Source: an uncultured Pseudomonadota bacterium
Lineage (GTDB): Bacteria > Desulfobacterota > Binatia > Binatales > Binataceae
DNA: 64,000 nt
Reading direction: 5' to 3'
Assembly: GCA_963805995.1 (NCBI GenBank)
Contig: CAWDWL010000031.1
Location: forward strand, 4,663-68,662
Part shown: in pieces, positions 30,412 through 40,445 of the stretch
Position numbering within the stretch: position 1 is the first letter of the stretch
Layout: the number at the start of each line of letters is the position of its first letter
Made by a program: the position numbers and the translations under genes
Notes under the pieces: generated by a model
The model's database searches: none
What the model was told of the DNA's origin: nothing
The model's input: only the letters and a program-made list of their open reading frames with translations

Positions 30412-30453
30412 GACGTTCGAGCGGCGGAAACGGCCGCGCGCCGCTCGAACGTC
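30412..30453. repeat. Perfect 15-bp inverted repeat (hairpin) in divergent intergenic region
   Basis: GACGTTCGAGCGGCG-N12-CGCCGCTCGAACGTC. Confidence 0.7.
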
Positions 30454-30595
30454 AACCCTAAAGCCATGGCCGAAACATCGATGTGAGGCTAGAATACCGC
30501 GGGGGACGCGATATGGGGGGACCAGGTTTCGTTCGGAATATTGAAAGTTCATTTGCTAGGACGCTCATCGCTATTAGGCGTTTAAAGGGCCTACG

Positions 30596-33500
30596 ATGAG
30601 CGATATTCCGCAATCGAATAGGCAATCATCGCCCGACGGTTCCGGGCAAGCCAGTTCTCTGGTTGTGGGCATCGGCGGTTCGGCGGGCGGCATTACCGCG
30701 CTCAAGGAGTTCTTCAGCCACGTTACCCCGAACGGCGGACCGGCTTTCGTTGTGATACTGCATCTGTCGCCACAGCACGAAAGCAATCTCGCCGCGGTGC
30801 TCCAGACCCACACCGGAATTCCCGTTACCCAGGTCAACGAGACAGTTCGGGTCCAGCCCGACCACGTATATGTAATCCCACCCAACAAGTACCTGGTGAT
30901 CGAGGACGGCAACATCAAGCTGACCGAGCCCGAGCGCGTGCGCGGCGGCCACTCGTCGATTGACCTGTTCTTTCGCACCCTGGCCGACGCTTATGGCAAG
31001 GACGCGGTGGGCATGGTGCTCTCGGGGACGGGCGCTGATGGCACGTTGGGGCTGCGACGGATCAAAGAGCTGGGCGGGTTTGCAATCGCCCAGGATCCGG
31101 GCGAGGCCGAGTACGATTCGATGCCGCGCAGCGCGATCGACACCGGACTGGTCGACCTGATCCTGCCGGCGGCGGAGATGCCTGGTCGGCTGCTCGCGCT
31201 GGGCGAGGGAGCACAGCGCCTGCAACTGCCCGCTGAGGAGGAGGAAAAACCGGCGCCTGAAACCGCACCGGAGGAAGTCCGCGAGGTGCTGGCGCTGTTG
31301 CGCCAGCGCACCGGGCACGACTTCACCCAATACAAACTTCCCACCCTGCTGCGGCGCATCATGCGCCGCGTGCAGGTGCATGGGCTTGCCGACATCAGAT
31401 CGTACCTGAAATTTTTGCGCGACCATCCCGAAGAGGTGCCGGCACTGCTGCGCGATCTGCTCATCACGGTGACCAACTTCTTTCGCGACCGCGAGGCATT
31501 TGAATGGCTTTACCGGGAGGTGGTGCCGAAGTTATTCGCGGGCAAGGGAGTCAACGACCAGATTCGCGTATGGGTGGTCGGCTGTGCCACCGGCGAGGAG
31601 GCATACTCGATCGCGATGCTGCTGTGCGAGTATTCGTCACAGCTGAGCGACCCGCCCCGGATCCAGATTTTCGCCACCGACATCGACGACAAGGCGATCC
31701 AAGAAGCGCGCGAGTGCCGCTACCCGCAGACCATCGCGCTGGACGTTTCGCCTGAACGTTTACGGCAATTCTTCACCAAGGAAGGCGAGGGCTACCGGGC
31801 TAAAAAAGAGGTCCGCGAGCTGATTCTGTTCGCCGGGCACAATGTCCTGCGCGACCCTCCGTTTTCCAAATTGGACCTCGTCAGCTGCCGCAATCTGCTA
31901 ATCTATTTGAATCGCGAGATGCAGGAGCAGGTCCTGGGCACCTTCCATTTCGCGCTGCTGCCCCATGGCTACCTGTTTCTAGGGCCCTCGGAAAGCGCCG
32001 AAGGCATCCCCGCGCTGTTCGTACCGATCGACAAGAAGCGCCGTATCTACACGCGCCGGGCAACTGTCGCGACGGTCCAGACCACGCGCAACGTGCCACG
32101 CCTGGACGGGTGGAGCTATCGACCGGTCGAGCTACAGGAACTCAGCGGCAACAAGGTCTCATCCTATGGTCTGCTCCATCAGAACGTGGTGGAACTGTTG
32201 GCGCCGCCCAGCCTGCTGATCAATGAAGATTACGACATCGTCCACCTGAGCGAACATGCCAGTCGGTTTGTGCGCTTCGCCGGCGGCGAGCCCACCCGCA
32301 ACCTGCTCAGGGTCGTGGATCCCCGTATCCGGCTTGACCTGCAGGCCCTGGTGCTGGCGGCCAAGGCCCGCACCGGTGAGATGGCAAGAACGGCGGAGTC
32401 GCGCCGGATGCAGTTGGAGATCGAAGGCAAGCCGCAGCTAGTCGATGTGACCGTGCGGCGCGTGCTCGAAACTCCTGCCTCGGCGCAGGGGTTTTTTCTG
32501 GTGATCTTCGATGAGACCATCCCCTCGACCGAAGCCGCGCAACACCCGCAGGCCGGACCAAGGCTGGAACTCGTTGGCCAATTGGAGGAGGAGTTGCAGC
32601 GCGCCCGCGACCAACTCCATCTTACGGTGGAGCAGTATGAGACCACCACCGAGGAGTTAAAGGCCTCCAACGAAGAGTTGCAGGCGATGAACGAAGAGCT
32701 GCGTTCAACCACCGAGGAACTGGAGACGAGCAAGGAGGAAATGCAATCGCTCAACGAGGAGCTGACCACGGTCAACCAGGAGTTGAGGGAAAACATCGAA
32801 GAACTGGGCCGCGCCAACAGCGACATGCAAAACCTGATGAGCTCGACCGACATCGGCTCGATCTTTTTGGACCGCGGATTGAATATCAAGCTTTACACCC
32901 AGCGCGCCAAGGAGCTGTTCAACATCACGGCGGCGGACATCGGGCGGCCGCTCGAACATTTCACCCATAAGCTGGATTACGAGTCGCTGGCCGAGGACGC
33001 CGAGACAGTGCTCAAGACCCTGCAAAGCCGGGAGCGCGAAGTGGGCGGCAGCAACGGCCGCTGGTACCTGGCGCACCTGCTGCCCTATCGCACCCTGGAC
33101 GACAAGATCGACGGCGTGGTGCTCAATTTCGTGGACATCACGGAGCATCGGCACGCCGAGGATCTACGCCGGCAGACCGCAGCGTTGCAGGAGCAATCCC
33201 AGATTCTGGGACTGGCCAACGTGTTCGTCCGCGGGCTGGACGATCGGATTGAGCTGTGGAATACCGGATGCGAGCGGCTATACGGCTACACTCGGGAGCA
33301 AGCACTGGGTCAAATCTCTTATGAGCTTCTGGCAACCGAATTTCCGCAGCCGCTCAGTGAACTCAAGGCCCAGTTATTCTCGACCGGGTCGTGCGACGGC
33401 GAGTTGGTCCAGGTGACCCGCGCCGGCAAACGGCTCTCGGTGGCCAGCCGTTGGGTCCTGCACCGCAACGACGCCGGCGAGCCGTCGGCGATTCTCGAGG

Positions 33501-34678
33501 TCAACCACGACCTGACCGCGCGCAAGCGCGCTGAAGATGAGTTGCGCCAGGCCGACCGGCGCAAGGACCAGTTCCTGGCCACGCTGGCTCACGAGTTGCG
33601 CAATCCGCTGGCCGCGACACTGAGCAGTTTGGAACTGCTGAGCGAGGCGGAGGGCGACGCCGGAGCCATCGAGGTAGCGCGCGGCACGATGGAACGGCAG
33701 TTCGAACGGCTGATGCGGCTGGTCGATGACTTGCTCGACCTTGAGCGCCTGGCCCGCGGCAAAATAACGTTGCGCAAGGAGCGCATCACGCTCGGCAGCG
33801 TGATCGAGGCGGCGCTGGAAAGCGGTCGAACCCTGCTCGCGGCTCGGGTTCATACGCTGACTACTTCAGTGCCGGGCGCCGGCGCTTACATCATCGCCGA
33901 CCGCGCGCGCCTGGCCCAGGTGGTGACCAATCTGCTGCACAACGCCGCCAAGTTCACTCCGCCCGGCGGGAAGATCGAAGTCACCGCCGCAGTGGAGGAC
34001 TACCAGGCCGTGCTCCGGGTGCGCGACAGCGGGCGCGGCATCCTGGAGGAAATCTTACCCCACATCTTCGATTACTTCGTGCAGGAAGAACCGCTCTCGG
34101 AGGCCCATCGAGTGGGGCTGGGCGTGGGTCTGGCGCTTGCCCGCCAGTTGGTCGAATTGCATGGCGGCATCATCGAGGCGAAAAGCGCCGGCAGGGGCAT
34201 GGGCAGCGAATTCATCGTCCAGATACCGCTCGCTGCCGAACAAGCTGCATCGCAGGAAGTGGCTGCGGCCGGGCCCGGGGCCGAAGTGAGCGCGCCGATG
34301 GTGGCGCGAAAGGTTTTGGTTATCGATGACGAGCATGACGTCGCCGATTTGACCGCCAGTCTGCTCATGCGCTTGGGTTGCGAGGTGTGGTCCGCCTACG
34401 ACGGCAAAGAGGGCCTGGAGGCCGCTTTGAAGCATCGTCCGGACGTGGCTTTGGTCGATATCGCGATGCCGGACATGGACGGTTACGAAGTGGCGCGCCG
34501 GTTACGCCAGAGCTTTCCCGATATCGTGTTGATCGCGATCACCGGCCTGGTTCAGGAATCCGACCGCGTGCGGGCGCGCGCGGCGGGGTTCAATCATCAT
34601 TTGGCCAAGCCCGCGTCGATCAGCGAGATCAAGAAACTTATCGAGAGCTCCGCCCCGCGGCAGGACCCGCGCAAGTAG
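30596..34678 (+). CDS. CheB-CheR-PAS hybrid histidine kinase with receiver domain
   Basis: GGSAGG/HLSP/GADG (CheB triad); VTNFFRD and GCATGEEAYS (CheR); NEEL coiled coil; PAS; LAHELRNPL; NAAKFT; DIAMPDMDG. Confidence 0.95.
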   Translation: MSDIPQSNRQSSPDGSGQASSLVVGIGGSAGGITALKEFFSHVTPNGGPAFVVILHLSPQHESNLAAVLQTHTGIPVTQVNETVRVQPDHVYVIPPNKYLVIEDGNIKLTEPERVRGGHSSIDLFFRTLADAYGKDAVGMVLSGTGADGTLGLRRIKELGGFAIAQDPGEAEYDSMPRSAIDTGLVDLILPAAEMPGRLLALGEGAQRLQLPAEEEEKPAPETAPEEVREVLALLRQRTGHDFTQYKLPTLLRRIMRRVQVHGLADIRSYLKFLRDHPEEVPALLRDLLITVTNFFRDREAFEWLYREVVPKLFAGKGVNDQIRVWVVGCATGEEAYSIAMLLCEYSSQLSDPPRIQIFATDIDDKAIQEARECRYPQTIALDVSPERLRQFFTKEGEGYRAKKEVRELILFAGHNVLRDPPFSKLDLVSCRNLLIYLNREMQEQVLGTFHFALLPHGYLFLGPSESAEGIPALFVPIDKKRRIYTRRATVATVQTTRNVPRLDGWSYRPVELQELSGNKVSSYGLLHQNVVELLAPPSLLINEDYDIVHLSEHASRFVRFAGGEPTRNLLRVVDPRIRLDLQALVLAAKARTGEMARTAESRRMQLEIEGKPQLVDVTVRRVLETPASAQGFFLVIFDETIPSTEAAQHPQAGPRLELVGQLEEELQRARDQLHLTVEQYETTTEELKASNEELQAMNEELRSTTEELETSKEEMQSLNEELTTVNQELRENIEELGRANSDMQNLMSSTDIGSIFLDRGLNIKLYTQRAKELFNITAADIGRPLEHFTHKLDYESLAEDAETVLKTLQSREREVGGSNGRWYLAHLLPYRTLDDKIDGVVLNFVDITEHRHAEDLRRQTAALQEQSQILGLANVFVRGLDDRIELWNTGCERLYGYTREQALGQISYELLATEFPQPLSELKAQLFSTGSCDGELVQVTRAGKRLSVASRWVLHRNDAGEPSAILEVNHDLTARKRAEDELRQADRRKDQFLATLAHELRNPLAATLSSLELLSEAEGDAGAIEVARGTMERQFERLMRLVDDLLDLERLARGKITLRKERITLGSVIEAALESGRTLLAARVHTLTTSVPGAGAYIIADRARLAQVVTNLLHNAAKFTPPGGKIEVTAAVEDYQAVLRVRDSGRGILEEILPHIFDYFVQEEPLSEAHRVGLGVGLALARQLVELHGGIIEAKSAGRGMGSEFIVQIPLAAEQAASQEVAAAGPGAEVSAPMVARKVLVIDDEHDVADLTASLLMRLGCEVWSAYDGKEGLEAALKHRPDVALVDIAMPDMDGYEVARRLRQSFPDIVLIAITGLVQESDRVRARAAGFNHHLAKPASISEIKKLIESSAPRQDPRK

Positions 34679-34878
34679 ACTTTTCGCCCACCGGTTTGGC
34701 CGCTCGCGGCGCGCGGCCGGCAACTGCGCGCGCTGCATCGCACGGTCCAAGCCATTTATCAACAGGCTCACACGGGAGGGAACAGAATCCTCGCTTCGGG
34801 GCCAACCCTGCGCCCGCGCGCTCCATACATCGCCCGTCATAACTTGAACAAGATGAAGGCAGAGTTTACCGTTCGCTG

Positions 34879-36600
34879 ATGCCTTCGAAAGCCCACCTGA
34901 CCGGCGGCCAGGACTTGGTTAAGGCGGTCAACCCCGCCTGGATCTTCACCACCCTGCGCGGATATCAACCCTCCTGGTTGCCGGCCGATTTGATCGCCGG
35001 CCTGATGCTTGCGGCGATCTCGATTCCGGAACAATTGGCCACCGCGAGCCTGGCAGGGCTCGATCCGCATACGGGCCTGTACGCACTCATCGCGGGTTCC
35101 ATCGGGATCGCGGCGTTCGGCGCCAACCGCTTCGCTTCGGCCGGTGCGGATTCCACTATCGCGCCGATTTTCGCCGGGGCGCTGGCGGCCATGGCGGCCT
35201 CTGGGTCGGCTCAATATGCCGGTCTGGCGACCGCGCTTGCGCTGCTGGTCGGAGCGATCCTGATTGTCGCGGGGGTGATGCGGGCGGGATGGATTGCCGA
35301 CCTCTTGTCGATCCCGGTGACCTGCGGATTCCTCGCCGGTATTTCGGTTCACATCATCGTGGGCGAACTGCCCTCAATCCTCGGCATCGCTGACTCCCAT
35401 GGAAGGCTGATGGACCGGATGGTGGACCTCGTCCGCCACGCATCCGCCGTCAATCCATATGCGCTGGCAATTGGCGGGGCGGTGTTGGCGGTCACGATGG
35501 TATCGGAACAGATCAGCCCGCGGGTTCCCGGCGCCTTGATTGGGCTGGCGGGAGCGGCCGTTGCGGTGGTCGGACTACATCTTGAAGCGCACGGGATTAC
35601 GGTCCTGAAACCGCTGCCCTCGGGTGTCCCTGCTCTGACCTTGCCTACGATAGCGGACGCGCAAAACATTTTCAGTTTACTACCCACCGCGCTGGTGGTC
35701 GCAGCGGTCTGTATGATGCAGACGGCCGCGGTGGTGCGGTCGTTTCCTTCAGACCCGGATCAGCCCGAGGACGTCAGCCGCGATTTCTCCGGCGTCGGCG
35801 CCGGCTGCGTTGTGGCCGGCCTGATCGGCGCCTTCCCGGTGGACTGCAGTCCGCCATGCACGGCGATTGTGAAAGAGTCGGGCGGGCGGTCGCAATTGGC
35901 ATCGCTCACGCAGGTCGCGATGGCGGTTGCACTGATGTTTTTCGCCCCTGGCTGGTCCGCGTATATTCCGCAAGCGGCCCTGGGCGGCCTGCTGATTTTT
36001 ATCGGGATGCGAATCTTCAGATTGCGCGAGATGATCGCCATCGCGCAGCGGGGCGGCTACGAGATCTACCTGGTCGCCGCCTGCGCCGCCCTGGTTATCC
36101 TGATGCCGATCGAAACCGGGATGTTGCTGAGCATCGTGCTGTCGCTGGTGCACAACCTTTACATCGTGGCGCGGCCCTATTGCGTCGAGTTGGAGCGCGT
36201 CCCCGGAACTACGGTCTGGTGGCCTCCGCCTCCCGGCCGCGAAAATGCCGTCGAGCGCGTGCCCGGAGTGATCGTTTTCGCTCCCGCCGCGCCGATTTAC
36301 TTCACCAATGCGGACTACGTGTGCGAAAAACTCAAGCGGATTGTCGCCTCGACTGACCGCCCGGTGCGCCTGGTTGTAATCGAAGCCACCGGCGTGATCG
36401 ATCTCGACTACACCGGAGCGCAGGTCCTCAAGCGGACCATCGTGCAACTGCGCGACGCCGGGGTCGACGTCGCCATGGCCCGGATGGAGGCGCAGCGCGC
36501 CCGGGCGGCCGCCGCCCAGACCGGATTGCTCGATACCGTCGGCGAAGACCACCTTTTCCGCTCCGTCCAGGAAGCCGTCACCGCGCTCAATCCGTCATGA
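34879..36600 (+). CDS. SulP family anion transporter with STAS domain
   Basis: DLIAGLMLAAISIPEQLA...GLYA N-terminal motif; GGRSQLA; C-terminal IYFTNA...IDLDYTG STAS. Confidence 0.92.
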   Translation: MPSKAHLTGGQDLVKAVNPAWIFTTLRGYQPSWLPADLIAGLMLAAISIPEQLATASLAGLDPHTGLYALIAGSIGIAAFGANRFASAGADSTIAPIFAGALAAMAASGSAQYAGLATALALLVGAILIVAGVMRAGWIADLLSIPVTCGFLAGISVHIIVGELPSILGIADSHGRLMDRMVDLVRHASAVNPYALAIGGAVLAVTMVSEQISPRVPGALIGLAGAAVAVVGLHLEAHGITVLKPLPSGVPALTLPTIADAQNIFSLLPTALVVAAVCMMQTAAVVRSFPSDPDQPEDVSRDFSGVGAGCVVAGLIGAFPVDCSPPCTAIVKESGGRSQLASLTQVAMAVALMFFAPGWSAYIPQAALGGLLIFIGMRIFRLREMIAIAQRGGYEIYLVAACAALVILMPIETGMLLSIVLSLVHNLYIVARPYCVELERVPGTTVWWPPPPGRENAVERVPGVIVFAPAAPIYFTNADYVCEKLKRIVASTDRPVRLVVIEATGVIDLDYTGAQVLKRTIVQLRDAGVDVAMARMEAQRARAAAAQTGLLDTVGEDHLFRSVQEAVTALNPS

Positions 36601-36623
36601 TTGCGGTGGTCTATACCTGCTGT

Positions 36624-36666
36624 CCCCTCGCCCACAAGCTTTCCGTGGGAGAAGGTTAGGGTGAGG
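36624..36666. repeat. REP-like hairpin, CCCTC(T/G)CCC...GGGAGA family
   Basis: CCCCTCGCCCAC...GTGGGAGAAGGTTAGGGTGAGG; related to copies at 48.07 and 61.64 kb. Confidence 0.55.
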
Positions 36667-36803
36667 ATGACCCTCGCGCACCAGAACAACCTGAATGCAC
36701 GATCACTTTGTGGGCCCGCCCAATGCTGGAAGAAGTTAGCGGTGGAAACGCCGGCGGCGGCCGTTCTTCCGAAATAACGCGTCGATACAGTAAGCTGAGA
36801 CCC

Positions 36804-37166
36804 GTGCGAGATGACGACGCTATCACTTTGTGGCGGCCGGTTGGGCGGGAGGAACTGCGGTTGATTCGCCAGAGCGGGATGCAGGCTTTTCCGCCGCCCA
36901 ATCAGCCGATGTTCTATCCGGTGCTCAGCGAAGAATACGCCCTGCGAATGGCGCGCGATTGGAACGTCATGTCGGGCGGGGTGGGCTACGTGGTTCGCTT
37001 TCGCGTACGCGCGGACTTCATCAATCGCTATGAGGCGCACTCCGTCGGCGGCAGTGGCCATCCCGAGTATCGGATTCCGGCGGCGGACTTGCCCGCATTG
37101 AACGCCGCCATCGTCGGACCGATAGAAGTCGCGGCCGAGTTCCATCGCCGGCCGGAGGCTCTTTGA
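36804..37166 (+). CDS. Small conserved protein of the family often labelled 'ADP-ribosylation/crystallin J1'
   Basis: TLWRPVGREEL...FPP..QPMFYPVLSEEYA..MARDWN...GYVVRF...VGG..HPEYRIPA. Start uncertain. Confidence 0.7.
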   Translation: MRDDDAITLWRPVGREELRLIRQSGMQAFPPPNQPMFYPVLSEEYALRMARDWNVMSGGVGYVVRFRVRADFINRYEAHSVGGSGHPEYRIPAADLPALNAAIVGPIEVAAEFHRRPEAL

Positions 37167-37530
37167 CCCGGTGAGCTGCCGTTTCGCTGCCGGACTTCGT
37201 CGATGATCGGATTGTTGCTCCGCGGACGGTCGCCATGCGGACCGCTGCGTCAAATTCCGGCAACCTTGAGCCTGATGCATCAGCAACTCTTACAACTGCA
37301 TTCCCCGGGGCGACACCACTTCGGTTTTCGGTCGCGCGGCGATACGTCCGCGAATTATCAGATAGCACTCGGCCGCGACAACCGAGGGCCATTCTACTTG
37401 CGCGGCAACGGCGGCCCCCCCGGCATGGAATGCGGCGCTACCAGCCATTTTTCGACAGACTCCCGAGAGAGCAGGGAATAGAATTATTCTCGCTTCAGGG
37501 CTGATGGCCCAAATTATTTTTGCTGTTGGA

Positions 37531-40011
37531 TTACGCGACGATCTCCGCGCGGCGCAATTCCGCCAATTGCTCGGACGTATAGCCCAGCAACCTGCTCAAC
37601 ACCGCATCGGTGTCCTGGCCCAGGCAGGGCGAGGCGCGATGCAGCTTGCAGGGCGTCGCCGACATCGTCCACGGCACCCCGGCATAAGTGCGCACGCCAA
37701 CGTCAGGATGGTCGAGGTCGACCAGGAAGCCGCGCTCGCGCAGATGCGGGTCGGTCGCGATATCCTTGTTGCCGAAGGTAGGAATCGCGGCCACTCCGGC
37801 GCGCTGCAGGGTCTCGGTTATCGTCCAGCGGTCGCGCTCCGCGGTCCAGGCGGTGATGATTCGATCCAGTTCGTCTTCGTTTTGTTTGCGCAGCGCGGCA
37901 CTTGAAAAGCGCGGATCATCAGCCATCGAGGGCTTGCCGATCGCGCCGCACAGCGCGCGCCATTCATCCTCGGTTCCCACCGCGATCGTCACCCACTGTT
38001 CTGCATCACCCGCCGTCTTGTAACAGTTATGCGGCGACATCCATCGATCGTGATTGCCCATCGCGGGCAGATCGCGCCGATTCATCGCGTATTCCAGCAG
38101 CGCTTCGGGCATCAACATTTCGAGCGCTTCGAGGTTCGACAGATCAATGTACTGCCCCTGTCCGGTACGCCCGCGATGGATCAGCGCCGCGTTGAGCAGA
38201 TACGCGCCGAAGATTCCGATCACCGGATCCCCATAGCTGACACCCAGACTGCGCGGATGGTCGCCGGGATAGGTGGTCAGCGTCTGCATCGCTGAATGCG
38301 CCGCCATGATCGGACCGTAGCTGACGTAATCGCGAAACGGTCCGGTCTGCCCGAAGCCGGCCAGTGAAATCATAATCAGGTCGGGCCGGGCCGCGCGCAG
38401 ACGCTCGTATCCGACGCCCAATCGATTGATAACGCCGGGAGCGAAGTTCTCCGCCGCGATATCGCATTGACGCGCCAGTTGATGGACGATTTCGACGGCT
38501 TCCGGCTTTTGGAGGTTGAGTTGTACGCTGAGCTTGTTGTGATTCTTCTCGTTGAAACTGCCGCCGCGGTTGAGCCCAACCTTGCCATCGGCCTGGGGCA
38601 CAAAGGTGCGGCCCACGCAGGGATGTTTGGCGGTCTCGATCCGGATGACTTCGGCGCCCAGGCGCGCGAGTTGTCCAGTACAAAACGGCCCCGCCCACAC
38701 CCAGGTGAAATCGAGCACGCGGACGCCGTGAAGCGGGCCGAACCTCCGCGGCTGCGAATCGGCGGATGCGCCGTCTTGCTGTGGGCCGCCCATAGGACGC
38801 GCTGAACCTTTGCCCAGGACGTCTGGGTTGTGCTCGCCCAGGCGCGGCGCCGGACTGCCCATCGTCCATGCCATACCGGTCGACTTGAACGGAACACCGG
38901 GCGCCAGGATCGGGCTCGCTGCAGGTTCGCGCATCGGCAGCGGAACGAAAAATTCGCGCGCCTTCAGATGCTCATCGGCGTACAGGTCGCGGGGTCTGCT
39001 GACCGGAGCGGCGGGAATGCGCCGGGATTGCATCTGATGCACGAGGTCTTTCATTGTTCGGGACCGGGTCCACTCCTCAATCAGGACAGTCACGGCATCG
39101 ACGTTCTTACCGCGCACAGTGCGGTCTTTGAAAATCTCCTCCTTCGTCCACTCGGGATTGCCCATCAACGCCACCAGCCGCTGCCATTGCGCCTCTTCGA
39201 CGCAAACAATCTGCACCATGCCGTCAGCGCATTGATGCGCTCCCGAGGGAGCGATAACCGCAAAGCCCAGGCGCGAGGTCTGCAAATTCTGGTAGGTGTA
39301 CCAGACCAGGCTCAGATCGAGCATGGTCGCCATGCATTCCTGCTCCGAGACCTCGATCGCCTGGCCCTGGCCGGATTCGATGCGAAACCGCAACGCGGCC
39401 AATGCCGCCATCGCCGCGTGGATCCCGGCCTGGAACTCGGCTTGAGCGCCGAAGTATTTCAGCGGCGGCAGATCCGGGCTTTCGCACAGCAAGGGATTGA
39501 GGATCGCGGTCCCGCTGGCGTGTACCGTATTGAGTTCGTAGGCCTTGTAGTGGCTGCGCGGACCGACGTCGCCGTAACGCGAGATGCCAGCGACGATCAG
39601 CCGCGGATGGCGCATGGAAAGCGGCGTGCCCTCCATCGCGCACGCCGCGCGCTGCGGCACCGGGATATTGTGGATCAGGATATCGGCGCCCGATACCAAC
39701 TCGTCCAGCGTGGCGCGCTCGCGCGGATCCTGTAGATCGAGCGTGACGCCGCGCTTGCCGGCGTTGAGGTAGAGGAACAACCCACCTTTTTCCGGATCGG
39801 AGGCATCGTTGAAAAACGGACCACGCCGGCGCGTCAGATCGCCTTGCGGCGATTCGACCTTGATCACGCTCGCGCCCAGCAGCGCCATCATCCGGGCGCC
39901 AAACGCGGCGGACACGCCTTCGCCACATTCGACCACGGAAATGCCGGCCAGCGGCAAATTTGTCGGGGCCGATGCGGTTTTCTCATCATGCGCGCGTGCT
40001 GGCTGTGCCAC
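37531..40011 (-). CDS. Fused tandem CoA transferase family III (two CaiB/BaiF domains)
   Basis: Two modules: LAGISVVE...LNAGKRG...APRLGEHN and LHGVRVLDFTWVWAGP...NHNKLS...ENFAPG...SPCLGQDT. GTG 40011 after GGAG is the proposed start. Confidence 0.9.
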   Translation of the reverse strand: MAQPARAHDEKTASAPTNLPLAGISVVECGEGVSAAFGARMMALLGASVIKVESPQGDLTRRRGPFFNDASDPEKGGLFLYLNAGKRGVTLDLQDPRERATLDELVSGADILIHNIPVPQRAACAMEGTPLSMRHPRLIVAGISRYGDVGPRSHYKAYELNTVHASGTAILNPLLCESPDLPPLKYFGAQAEFQAGIHAAMAALAALRFRIESGQGQAIEVSEQECMATMLDLSLVWYTYQNLQTSRLGFAVIAPSGAHQCADGMVQIVCVEEAQWQRLVALMGNPEWTKEEIFKDRTVRGKNVDAVTVLIEEWTRSRTMKDLVHQMQSRRIPAAPVSRPRDLYADEHLKAREFFVPLPMREPAASPILAPGVPFKSTGMAWTMGSPAPRLGEHNPDVLGKGSARPMGGPQQDGASADSQPRRFGPLHGVRVLDFTWVWAGPFCTGQLARLGAEVIRIETAKHPCVGRTFVPQADGKVGLNRGGSFNEKNHNKLSVQLNLQKPEAVEIVHQLARQCDIAAENFAPGVINRLGVGYERLRAARPDLIMISLAGFGQTGPFRDYVSYGPIMAAHSAMQTLTTYPGDHPRSLGVSYGDPVIGIFGAYLLNAALIHRGRTGQGQYIDLSNLEALEMLMPEALLEYAMNRRDLPAMGNHDRWMSPHNCYKTAGDAEQWVTIAVGTEDEWRALCGAIGKPSMADDPRFSSAALRKQNEDELDRIITAWTAERDRWTITETLQRAGVAAIPTFGNKDIATDPHLRERGFLVDLDHPDVGVRTYAGVPWTMSATPCKLHRASPCLGQDTDAVLSRLLGYTSEQLAELRRAEIVA

Positions 40012-40191
40012 TGGAAAACAATCTCCGATGAAGTATCGCTCCCGGTGTTGTACTGCGTCCGGAGGATTTCTGAAAGCGCCATAGAACATTCACCGTGGCG
40101 CGAGAGACACGCGGGTGCGGCTAAGGGTGTAGGGTAGCACTCGCGCACTAGGCCGGGAGGGTGGCGCGAGCCAAACAGCTCGCGCATGCAT

Positions 40192-40216
40192 CGACAGGCA
40201 GGGACGCCTGTCCCAC
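40192..40216 (-). repeat. GTGG-type REP element
   Basis: Reverse complement reads GTGGGACAGGCGTCCCTGCCTGTCG. Confidence 0.65.
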
Positions 40217-40335
40217 TTGGTCAGGCAGTTCCCAAAGCGGCCTTCACTGGATCAGGCCGGGGCTTCAGTTCCGCACACCAAGGTATCAGGAGCCGGTGAA
40301 AACCGGAGAACATCACAGCGAAAATGTTGAGACTC

Positions 40336-40358
40336 GTGGCACAGACTTTCAGCCTGTG
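40336..40358 (+). repeat. GTGG-type REP element
   Basis: GTGGCACAGACTTTCAGCCTGTG. Confidence 0.65.
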
Positions 40359-40445
40359 GTTCGCGCGCCTTAGCCGGCGCGTTGACAAAGGACCCTCTCT
40401 GGGGCGCCAAAGCGGCGCCGGTCTCTCCCTACCGGGAGAGACTGA

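Noticed and set aside
37200-37530. Short ORFs between the ART-like gene and the fused CoA transferase
   Set aside because: Several overlapping short frames with no RBS or motif support; cannot call a gene.
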